56,979 nucleotides of DNA from Candidatus Doudnabacteria bacterium (GTDB lineage: Bacteria; Patescibacteriota; Doudnabacteria; UBA920; O2-02-FULL-48-8): positions 1 through 56,979 of the forward strand of contig JANWIA010000025.1 in the NCBI GenBank assembly GCA_025450105.1. Reading direction: 5' to 3'. Shown piece after piece: positions 15,888-23,408 of the stretch. A program made the position numbers and the translations under genes. The notes below the pieces were generated by a model. That model searched no databases, was not told the DNA's origin, and worked only from the letters and a program-made list of their open reading frames with translations. Within the stretch, counting starts at the first letter, position 1; each line of letters begins with the position of its first letter.

Positions 15888-17389
15888 CATCGCGTTTTAC
15901 GCGGACATTCTTGGTTCGGGCACAGTCGTCCAAAATCTTCCGGTTTGAGCTTGCCCTCGATAAATTGAGGAATTAGTTCAAACAAGAAAACCGGACGAAG
16001 TCTTACTTCAAGGCAAGGACACGAGCCTTGGTTTTCCATGGCTGCGAGTACTTTGTTGTAGAAAGGGAGAACCTTGGCCTTTGGCAGGAACAGGCCGCTT
16101 TTTTGAAGTTGTTCCCGGACTAGTGCTTGCGGTTTGCGGTAGTGAATTGATCTTTTTGGTAATCCTCCTAGAAGATCTTGTTGCTCAGGTTGACTATGGA
16201 ACGAGTACGGTGGCGGTTCGGACTGAGCGATTGTCGGTTCCGGATCTTCGTGTTTGTAGCGCTGCCAGTCCTCGCGATTTTTAGTTTTGCAAAGATCAAT
16301 AAAATCGCAAGTCTTGCACCAACCACCTATACGGGGGATGTACCGACCTTGGCGGACGTTGTCTTCTAAACCAGTTTTCTTGCCGTGCGACGAAACTGGT
16401 TCCCAGCTTTGAAGTTCGCTTGAGCTGAAACGTTCAGGATGCGTTACCCGCTCGACCATGGCATGAATGTCACGGCCGATTTGTATGAGCTCAAGCTTGT
16501 GCGTTTCTGTTCTTCTTGGCACAGGTACGCGTTTTTGTAGCGCTACCCCCAAACCGTACTTGTCCATTTCCTCCCTAGAAAACTCCACCAATTGGAAATA
16601 GAGGTTGCTGGGCGGATGACCGTAGAGTACACTCGCCACTAAATTGTAGATAGTCATCTGCACATCTTCGACCAGTGCATGACGATCTTTCAGGTACTTC
16701 TCTACAATCCAGCCGCTTTTGTAGTCCATGATCTCGTAGCTGCTAGCGAGAAACTGCAGGCGGTCAATTTGCCCCTTTAGTCGAAACCCGAGTTCGGCTT
16801 CGAGCCTCCATAGGAGTTCTTTCTGGGCACCAAAATCAACCTCGAACTGCATTTCCGTGTAGGGCAGTATCGTAAGGAACTCCCGTCGAATTGCTTCCAA
16901 TGCCAGGTACATGCGCCCGATCATCTTGCCGCGTTCGTTTTGGATGAACTGTTCAGCTTGATCGGGAGTTAGTTTCTGGCGTTGTTCATTGCCAAGCCAT
17001 GCGAATTGCTGGCCCTTGCTGGGTCCGCCCCGGGGATCTTCGCGACCATCCAAGACTGCGGGTAGTCTGCCCGTTGCGACCCATTTAACAAACTTAGCAC
17101 CAGAATCTGCTGGTAAAGCGGCCGAAGATCCCTTGGTTCGATTCCACAGAGTCTGGCAAAGTAACTCGGCGTACCTGTGGAATACGACACCGTAGATTTT
17201 TGAGATATGTGGGGGAGGCAGGATGACACCCTCGTAACGGTTACGGAATGCTTCCTGCTCCTCACAGACCATGATCGTCCGGATTGCGGTAGCGCTTAGG
17301 TGCGCGAGTGGCTTAAGCCGGTAACGAGAGAGCAGTTGGTTGTTCAAGTCGTCTCTCCAATTCGGTGACCTTTGCCGACAGTCTATCAA
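15887..17389 (-). CDS. Cas4/RecB-family PD-(D/E)XK nuclease with a Cys-rich C-terminal extension (cassette E)
   Basis: N-terminal LSATAIRTIMVCEEQ, GQIDRL...YEIMDYKSG (D...D-x-K), QMTIYNL (QxxxY) and CKTCDFIDLC (CX2CX5C Fe-S cluster triad). Then about 130 extra aa with CPC...CPNQEC. Start uncertain (TTG 17389, TTG 17347 after GGAGAG, or ATG 17272). Confidence 0.75.
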   Translation of the reverse strand: MIDCRQRSPNWRDDLNNQLLSRYRLKPLAHLSATAIRTIMVCEEQEAFRNRYEGVILPPPHISKIYGVVFHRYAELLCQTLWNRTKGSSAALPADSGAKFVKWVATGRLPAVLDGREDPRGGPSKGQQFAWLGNEQRQKLTPDQAEQFIQNERGKMIGRMYLALEAIRREFLTILPYTEMQFEVDFGAQKELLWRLEAELGFRLKGQIDRLQFLASSYEIMDYKSGWIVEKYLKDRHALVEDVQMTIYNLVASVLYGHPPSNLYFQLVEFSREEMDKYGLGVALQKRVPVPRRTETHKLELIQIGRDIHAMVERVTHPERFSSSELQSWEPVSSHGKKTGLEDNVRQGRYIPRIGGWCKTCDFIDLCKTKNREDWQRYKHEDPEPTIAQSEPPPYSFHSQPEQQDLLGGLPKRSIHYRKPQALVREQLQKSGLFLPKAKVLPFYNKVLAAMENQGSCPCLEVRLRPVFLFELIPQFIEGKLKPEDFGRLCPNQECPRKTR

Positions 17390-17717
17390 GCTCAGCGAAA
17401 GTCACCATCGTGTCTTTTTTGAAGGCCTTGGTTTTTTCAATCTTGTGCATAGAAATGTGATGGGCGATAACTGAGCCGATCACAGTGCAGACGATGTACC
17501 AAATCTTCAACCAGAAATTGTTGTAGTTCGCCGCGTAAGCGGTGATGATGAAGATGAACAGGCCGTTGCTGGCAAGCGCGGCGACCGAATGGAAGACGAG
17601 GTTGCTGGTTTGTCTGGCCCGCGAGACGAGGGTGAAGCTTGCGTTCTGTCCGAGCAGCATGAGAGTGATCAGTGCCATTTGCCCGGAACTCAGTCCCGTT
17701 GCGGCACTAAGCATCAT
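17313..17717 (-). CDS. small membrane protein with a C-terminal coiled coil (cassette E)
   Basis: 134 aa, about three hydrophobic helices, then FAELDRLSAKVTELERRLEQ. The 3' end overlaps the nuclease ORF. Confidence 0.5.
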   Translation of the reverse strand: MMLSAATGLSSGQMALITLMLLGQNASFTLVSRARQTSNLVFHSVAALASNGLFIFIITAYAANYNNFWLKIWYIVCTVIGSVIAHHISMHKIEKTKAFKKDTMVTFAELDRLSAKVTELERRLEQPTALSLPA

Positions 17718-17779
17718 CCAACTGGAATCAGCAGGAGCGCAAGCAGGTAGAAGAAAACGGATTTGAGAGATTTAATCAC
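17714..17779 (-). CDS. 21-aa hydrophobic micro-ORF, or the frameshifted N-terminus of the 134-aa protein
   Basis: GAGGAGG lies 7 nt before GTG 17779. Translation VIKSLKSVFFYLLALLLIPVG. Its TGA overlaps the ATGATG start of the next ORF. Confidence 0.25.
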   Translation of the reverse strand: MIKSLKSVFFYLLALLLIPVG

Positions 17780-17816
17780 AGTTATCCTCCTCAGGTTGTG
17801 ATATGTGCCGCTATGC

Positions 17817-17845
17817 TTTATAGCAAATTCTTGGTAGTTTGTCAT
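17817..17845 (-). promoter_or_regulatory. promoter ATGACA-17-(TGc)TATAAA for cassette E
   Basis: On the minus strand, the hexamers are at 17845-17840 and 17822-17817. Confidence 0.4.
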
Positions 17846-17861
17846 ATCAAAATTTTAAAAC

Positions 17862-17912
17862 AAAAAACCCGCCACTCGTTCTGGCCCATATGGCCTACAA
17901 TGAGTGACGGGG
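17862..17912 (-). terminator. terminator of the CAP-domain gene
   Basis: cccgccactc/gagtgacggg stem with a nested ggcc...ggcc hairpin, followed by a T-run on the minus strand. Confidence 0.6.
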
Positions 17913-17926
17913 TTAAGCCTACAAAA

Positions 17927-18406
17927 TTATTGTTCGTACGTCAGCCGACCATCTTTACTGCCAAAGAATTGCACGATCAAAGTTTTTCCTTGAGTTTCTA
18001 TTATTGCAATTCCGGCGTCGGAATAGTTAGGGGAGAGGATGTTGTCGCGGTGTCGTGGTGATTTCATCCACGAATTTTCTAAATCAGATGCGTCTGTAAA
18101 ATTAATTGCCAGATTTTCCCCGGCATAAATATAATCGTAACCAAGTGCCTTAAAAAATTGCCAAGGCTTGGTGCCGGTGGGGCTAATGTGATCAAAGTAA
18201 TCCTTGGCCAACATGTCTTGTGCTTTGGCCATTGCAGCTTTGGTCAGTACTGGATTGTTTGATAATTTAGGCAAGCCGTGCGTTGCCCGGTCTTTGTTGA
18301 CCAGGTTCAAAACTTGATCGGCAGACAAGCGGGGAAGCGAGAACGACATGCTACCGCAGACTGCGATCAATAACAGCAAAAGCCCAAATCGTAATTTGGA
18401 AAACAT
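17927..18406 (-). CDS. secreted CAP/SCP (YkwD-like) domain protein
   Basis: Signal-like N-terminus, then VNKDRATHGLPKL...DMLAKDYFDH...GENLA...WMKSPRHRDNIL. Confidence 0.85.
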   Translation of the reverse strand: MFSKLRFGLLLLLIAVCGSMSFSLPRLSADQVLNLVNKDRATHGLPKLSNNPVLTKAAMAKAQDMLAKDYFDHISPTGTKPWQFFKALGYDYIYAGENLAINFTDASDLENSWMKSPRHRDNILSPNYSDAGIAIIETQGKTLIVQFFGSKDGRLTYEQ

Positions 18407-18981
18407 TTATTTTTCGGCCTGTTATTTTGACAGGCGTAATTTTAGCGACCGCGGACTAATTTGGTCGCCTCTCTTTTTGTTTTTGTTTCGCCTCGAGTAA
18501 TTTTGTTCGAGGGAGTGAAAAATCTATTCCATTTTTGAACTCATGGGATCCAAAAATGGGGTAGCCTCCAACCTCCAGAAAACAAAGCGCAAATAATAAG
18601 TCACAAACTATCACTGGTTTTGTGCTGCGTAGCAGGCACGTGATAACTTGCTCATATGAAGACTAATCTATTTGTTGTTTTGTTTTTGTTTCGTGATACC
18701 TAAGCGCTTTTTGCTCTTATGCATCTGAGTAATTTTGTACTCTACAATCATTATAGCAGATTTTGGATTTTTTTTCAAGTGCAGCGGGTATTTTTTGTGA
18801 TTGGATGGATTTTTTCCATTAAGGCGAGAAAATTTTCATAAAGAAAGGAATTTATTTCGAAATTTTTTATTCAATAAGCTAATCGAATTTTTGATAGCAA
18901 AAAATTTACAATCCCAGCGGATTTATTTGTCCACGACGGGCTAATTTACAGAAGAATTTATTGTTGGCATAATATCTCCAT

Positions 18982-20052
18982 ATGATAAACGGCGACTATA
19001 CAATAGAGGAACCAAAGCGCAGCGGCGGCAAAATCATTAGATTAATGGTTTTGTTTTTATTGTTACTGGCTTTTTGTGCGGTGATCTACTACTTTACCAA
19101 AATCAACCGCGGTAGTTCGGATACGAGCCTTGAGATTCCAATTTCCATTGAAAAAGGCGAGAGCGGCAAACAGATTGCTTCCAAACTAAAGGAAGAAGGA
19201 GTCATCAATAACCCAAAATTGTTTTTGGTTTACACGACGCTGAACAATGCTGCAGATAAAATTCAGGCCGGGACTTATATTCTTGATCCAAAAATGTCGA
19301 TTACTGAAATTGTCGATATTCTAACTGCGGGTAAGGTTGCATCAAATGAAAAAAGAATTACAATAATTGAAGGCTGGAACAACAAACAAATTGCCGGTCG
19401 TTTAACCGATGTCACGGCACAGGATTTTCAAACTGCACTTGACCAGGATTATGAATTTAAATTTGCAGCAACGGCTAAACCATTCGACTACGAAGGATTT
19501 TTATTTCCAGATACTTATCAAGTCTCACGCGATAATCAAGCACAAAGTTTGGTCGAGCAGGCGTTAAAGAATTTTGAGGGAAAAATTACCGACCAGATGC
19601 TCGCGGACATTCAAGCCAAGGGAATGAATATGCATGACGTCATCACGCTTGCTTCGATCATCGAAAAAGAAGTCGGACGCAATAATGTCGAGAGCCTTTC
19701 TCAAACCGACCTCGACGAAATGCAACGCGAACGCGAACTTGTAGCTTCCGTTTTTTACAACCGATTGGAAATCGGGATGCCACTACAATCTGACGCTACC
19801 GTAAATTATGTCACCGGCCGAAGTGATCGTTCAGCGCGGACTGAAGATTTGGATGTTGAATCGCCGTACAACACTTACGCAGTAAAAGGTTTGCCGCCAT
19901 CACCAATTGGTAATCCGGGTGTCGGTGCAATTCGTGCAGCAATTTATCCGGTCCAATCCGACTACTTATATTTCTTGAATAAAGTTTCCGGCGAAGCGGT
20001 GTTCTCAAAAACCTTAGAAGAACATAATTCCAACAAAGCAAAGTACTTATAA
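18982..20052 (+). CDS. mltG: endolytic murein transglycosylase MltG (YceG-like)
   Basis: N-terminal TM helix, then the YceG pattern (TIIEGW..., ASIIEKE, NTY...GLPPSPIGNPG). Confidence 0.9.
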   Translation: MINGDYTIEEPKRSGGKIIRLMVLFLLLLAFCAVIYYFTKINRGSSDTSLEIPISIEKGESGKQIASKLKEEGVINNPKLFLVYTTLNNAADKIQAGTYILDPKMSITEIVDILTAGKVASNEKRITIIEGWNNKQIAGRLTDVTAQDFQTALDQDYEFKFAATAKPFDYEGFLFPDTYQVSRDNQAQSLVEQALKNFEGKITDQMLADIQAKGMNMHDVITLASIIEKEVGRNNVESLSQTDLDEMQRERELVASVFYNRLEIGMPLQSDATVNYVTGRSDRSARTEDLDVESPYNTYAVKGLPPSPIGNPGVGAIRAAIYPVQSDYLYFLNKVSGEAVFSKTLEEHNSNKAKYL

Positions 20053-20184
20053 ATAATCAAGAAACAAAAACAAGAGCCAAATAATTTCCAATCTAATATC
20101 CAATTTCCAAATTGGGTATTTTTATTTTGGTTATTGAGTATTATTTGTCATTTGTTGCTTGTATTATTGGTCATTTCCCTGGTG

Positions 20185-20213
20185 TTGACATGCATCCTCA
20201 AATCGATTAAAAT
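20185..20213 (+). promoter_or_regulatory. promoter TTGACA-17-TAAAAT upstream of rplJ
   Basis: Hexamers at 20185-20190 and 20208-20213. Confidence 0.55.
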
Positions 20214-20245
20214 AAGCAAGTATTGATAATTTAATAGGTTTTATA

Positions 20246-20353
20246 TTCCAAAGACCGTAGCGGCCGCAAGGCTTAATCAGCTACGCAGGAACACTCGAGC
20301 AACTAAAGTAGTTGCCGGAACTGTCCGTTGTCTTTTGGAAGCAACGGTTTTTT
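20246..20353 (+). promoter_or_regulatory. structured rplJ leader with a terminator/anti-terminator (L10-leader-like)
   Basis: Outer stem ttccaaagac/gtcttttggaa encloses the hairpins cgtagc...gctacg and gcaac...gttgc. The 3' strand of the outer stem overlaps the terminator ccgttg...caacgg+tttttt. Confidence 0.5.
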
Positions 20354-20375
20354 ATTTATTAATTAGTTTAAATTT

Positions 20376-20864
20376 ATGGCAAAGACAAAGAAAGAGAAAG
20401 AATTAAGTTTGACCAAGATCACCGATAAGCTCAAAGATGCGAAAGGAGTTGTTTTTACCGAGTACCGTGGAATGACTGCAAAACAGGTTGATCAGGTTCG
20501 AAAAAACTTGCGTAAAGAAAATGTCAGCTACGAGGTCATAAAAGTCACCTTACTTAAGAAAGCACTTAGCGCGCTTGGGATCAAAGCCGATACTTTGAAA
20601 TATTCCGGACCGATTGCAGTTGCTGTCTCCCGCGAAGAAGAAACTACGGCTGCCCGCGTTTTGAAGGGGATGATTAAAGACAATCCGCAAATAATTTTGG
20701 ATGGTGGAATTTTCAATAATGAATTGATCGGATCAGACATGGTCAATAAGCTTGCATCTATTCCATCTAAGCAACAGTTGCTCACGCAGTTGGTTTATGT
20801 ACTTTCTGGAAATGTCAGAAGTTTGTTGTATACATTGAATGCAATTAAAGATAAGAAGCAATAA
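20376..20864 (+). CDS. rplJ: 50S ribosomal protein L10
   Basis: L10-like sequence directly upstream of rplL. Confidence 0.95.
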   Translation: MAKTKKEKELSLTKITDKLKDAKGVVFTEYRGMTAKQVDQVRKNLRKENVSYEVIKVTLLKKALSALGIKADTLKYSGPIAVAVSREEETTAARVLKGMIKDNPQIILDGGIFNNELIGSDMVNKLASIPSKQQLLTQLVYVLSGNVRSLLYTLNAIKDKKQ

Positions 20865-20871
20865 TTAAATA

Positions 20872-20944
20872 CTTTACTAATTACTAATCAGTACGGATAT
20901 ACAAATTTAATAAGTATATATGTATCGATTAGTAATTAGTAAAG
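20872..20944. repeat. perfect 18-bp inverted repeat between rplJ and rplL
   Basis: ctttactaattactaatc (20872-20889) / gattagtaattagtaaag (20927-20944), with a 37-nt loop. Confidence 0.85.
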
Positions 20945-21024
20945 AGAATTAACAAAGGTCGAGTAAGAACTGTGTGAGAGAGAATTCAATTATAAATAAT
21001 TATTAATCACTAATTAAAAATACT

Positions 21025-21393
21025 ATGGCAAATTTTGATAATATAGTTGCTGAAGTTGAAAAAATGACCGCGCTCGAACTTTCTGAATTGGTAAAAACCT
21101 TGGAAGAAAAGTTTGGAGTTTCCGCAGCTGCCCCAGTTATGATGGCTGCAGGTGGTGCCGCTGGTGCTGCCGCTGAAGAAAAGACAGAATTCACAGTCGA
21201 ATTGACCAACGCCGGTGCAAGCAAGATCAACGTCATCAAAGTTGTTCGCGAAGCAACTGGCAAAGGTCTTAAGGAAGCAAAAGATTTGGTTGACGCTGCT
21301 CCAAAGGCCATTAAGGAAAATATTTCTAAGGCTGAAGCCGATGAGTTGAAAAAGAAACTTGAAGAAGCTGGTGCGCAAGTCACATTGAAATAA
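21025..21393 (+). CDS. rplL: 50S ribosomal protein L7/L12
   Basis: Ala/Gly hinge and C-terminal [19 protein letters not shown]...[10 protein letters not shown]. Confidence 0.97.
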   Translation: MANFDNIVAEVEKMTALELSELVKTLEEKFGVSAAAPVMMAAGGAAGAAAEEKTEFTVELTNAGASKINVIKVVREATGKGLKEAKDLVDAAPKAIKENISKAEADELKKKLEEAGAQVTLK

Positions 21394-21411
21394 CATTTTT
21401 CCCAATTAAAA

Positions 21412-21447
21412 AAGAGTTGAGTCGATTGAATTCGATCAGCTCTTTTT
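21412..21447 (+). terminator. imperfect terminator after rplL
   Basis: agagttgagtcga...tcgatcagctct stem flanked by an A-run and a T-run. Confidence 0.55.
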
Positions 21448-21513
21448 TAATATCCATTTTGATTATTTGCTGGGTGGCAAAACCGTCTCAAGAGGGAGGT
21501 GGAGTGACAACTT

Positions 21514-21542
21514 TTGACAAAGGGCTCGGAATTTGCTATAAT
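21514..21542 (+). promoter_or_regulatory. consensus promoter TTGACA-17-TATAAT
   Basis: Hexamers at 21514-21519 and 21537-21542. Confidence 0.55.
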
Positions 21543-21697
21543 TAGAGTGTAATGAGTTAAGAAAGCCCAAAAATCTAGGCAATTTTAACTAAAGATTCCT
21601 CAAGAAACAAAATAAAAATCTAATATTTTGAATCAAAACCTTAGGCGCTAGCAACACCTAAAAGTTTTAAGATTTGCGTTTGCGTTTGAAAAACAAA

Positions 21698-22201
21698 ATG
21701 ACAATTGATTACAAGAAATTAACCAAAATGGAATCGGCCACGATATGTTTGATTGCGGCCGGTCTTTTAATTCTTGGAATCGAATTTTATATGGGCATGC
21801 CTCAGACCACGCAAGCGTCAATTAAAAATTCTGTTGCCGTATTAGATATGCACGAAAGCGTTTCGGCAAGCGTTGCTGACATGGAAGTTTTTGCCAACAT
21901 TATGACAAACGTTTATGCGGAGTTTAACAACGCCTTTGTTGAAGTCGCATCAATCAATTCCCAATGGGATTCGTTTGTGGCACAAAGTCAGGACATGCAC
22001 GGCGGAGCATTAGCGTTATTAAAAGATATCAATCAAGTCAGTTTAGCCTATGCCTCGGAAGGGGAAGTGATGGGAGTTAGCACCAATGCCATAGCATGTG
22101 GTGAAGACAAGGTAGTAACTCAAATCGAACCGGAATTAAATATGGAATACGTAGTTAGTCTTCCAAAGATGCCTAAACTTCCAACACTTGCATTTTTCTA
22201 A
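21698..22201 (+). CDS. membrane-anchored hypothetical protein
   Basis: One N-terminal TM helix. ATG 21698 is preferred over the TTG at 21674. Confidence 0.5.
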   Translation: MTIDYKKLTKMESATICLIAAGLLILGIEFYMGMPQTTQASIKNSVAVLDMHESVSASVADMEVFANIMTNVYAEFNNAFVEVASINSQWDSFVAQSQDMHGGALALLKDINQVSLAYASEGEVMGVSTNAIACGEDKVVTQIEPELNMEYVVSLPKMPKLPTLAFF

Positions 22202-22263
22202 ATATAATAATAAAGGTCGAAACAAAAACAATTCCGACGCACAGGCCGGGATAAAACAAAAAC

Positions 22264-22692
22264 ATGAAAAAACAAAAAAAGAAATCAAAATTGCACCGTC
22301 ATATGACAACAAGAAAGTATTCAGCACGATCACTCGCAGTCTTGCTTATGCTTTTAATTTTTGTTGACGGCATGATCTTTGGCGCAATTAGCGCTAATGA
22401 CATCAACAAAGGATTGGAAATTTTAGACATTTCAACCGCTGTTAATACCACCAGCAGCGACCTTGCAATGTTGGCAGAACCTTTGATTGATCAAGCATTC
22501 AATGTCCACACTTTCTATGTTATGGCTTCCACCGAAACCATGGTTCTCCTCGATGACAACATTGTCCCGAACATTGGATTGTTCGTCGAAGACATTAGAA
22601 CATTCTACAGTGTCGCGACAAGAGAAATGTCCGAAGCTTTGGACCTCTCTTACGAATTGTCTCCATCACCGGTTTACGCAGCGGGTTACTAA
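22264..22692 (+). CDS. membrane-anchored hypothetical protein (possible paralog of the 21698 gene)
   Basis: Basic N-terminus and one TM helix. The LEILDISTAV...SSDLAML segment resembles VAVLDMHESV...SVADMEV of the upstream protein. Confidence 0.5.
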   Translation: MKKQKKKSKLHRHMTTRKYSARSLAVLLMLLIFVDGMIFGAISANDINKGLEILDISTAVNTTSSDLAMLAEPLIDQAFNVHTFYVMASTETMVLLDDNIVPNIGLFVEDIRTFYSVATREMSEALDLSYELSPSPVYAAGY

Positions 22693-22715
22693 GCAAAAAC
22701 AAAAATAAAATTTGT

Positions 22716-23408
22716 ATGTACCACAAAGTCGAGCAAACCTATTATGCTCTTTCTGCCACGGCGCTATTTGGAATGATGTTTGTTATTTCTCCAACTAGCT
22801 CTGCGGACGTAGAAAAATTCCAACAGGGAATTGTTGAGCAATTTCAAGTTGCGTTCGAACAAGTCGTCGGCGACGTCGATTTGGTTGAGCCGTTGGATTT
22901 GGTTTGGTCGGGGATGGAATCATTTTATGACCAAGGATCAACACAGGTCTTGGCCATGATTCCAGTTGTGGAGGTTCCGGAAGAGGTGCCTGTGGCCTTG
23001 GCCAATGCCAAAACAGCCACGATCAGCTTCTTCGCAAAGGGTTTGGAGAACGTTTTGCCTCAACCGCGGGCGGAAAGTCCAACTGTGGCACTAGGCGAAC
23101 CGGTCTACAATATTGTCCCGCCATTTAACGTCCCTGATTTAGCGGCATATAATGTCATCAGGGTCGAGGAACTGGCAATTGTTAAAACTGAGATTGATCC
23201 GGGTCAGTCGGAAACGACAACTTTCGTCAGTGTTAGCGATTCACCGCCTGCTGTCGCAGGGGTGAGTATTGCTGCCGAAGAACCGGTCAACTCTTCCCAG
23301 CCCTGGGTGACACTAAAGGATAATTTAACCGGCCAGCTCTACTGTGTGGCCATTTATAACAACGAAGTCAATAAATATTTAGGAGAATGCCAGCGTGATT
23401 ACCTCTAA
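22716..23408 (+). CDS. secreted or anchored hypothetical protein
   Basis: Signal-like N-terminus. 14-nt overlap with the next gene. Confidence 0.5.
   Translation: MYHKVEQTYYALSATALFGMMFVISPTSSADVEKFQQGIVEQFQVAFEQVVGDVDLVEPLDLVWSGMESFYDQGSTQVLAMIPVVEVPEEVPVALANAKTATISFFAKGLENVLPQPRAESPTVALGEPVYNIVPPFNVPDLAAYNVIRVEELAIVKTEIDPGQSETTTFVSVSDSPPAVAGVSIAAEEPVNSSQPWVTLKDNLTGQLYCVAIYNNEVNKYLGECQRDYL

Noticed and set aside
17798-18061. 87-aa plus-strand ORF
   Set aside because: It overlaps the terminator and the 3' end of the CAP-domain gene on the other strand, and it has no SD or recognisable features.
20086-20130. AT-rich repeated words (aatatccaat, ccaatttccaaattgg) considered as a CRISPR-like or tandem array; similar words at 28882-28927
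   Set aside because: They are single palindromes, not regularly spaced direct repeats with unique spacers. No cas genes are present.
21003-21405. 126-aa and 131-aa minus-strand ORFs overlapping rplL
   Set aside because: They are antisense shadows of the Ala/Gly/Lys-rich L7/L12 gene.
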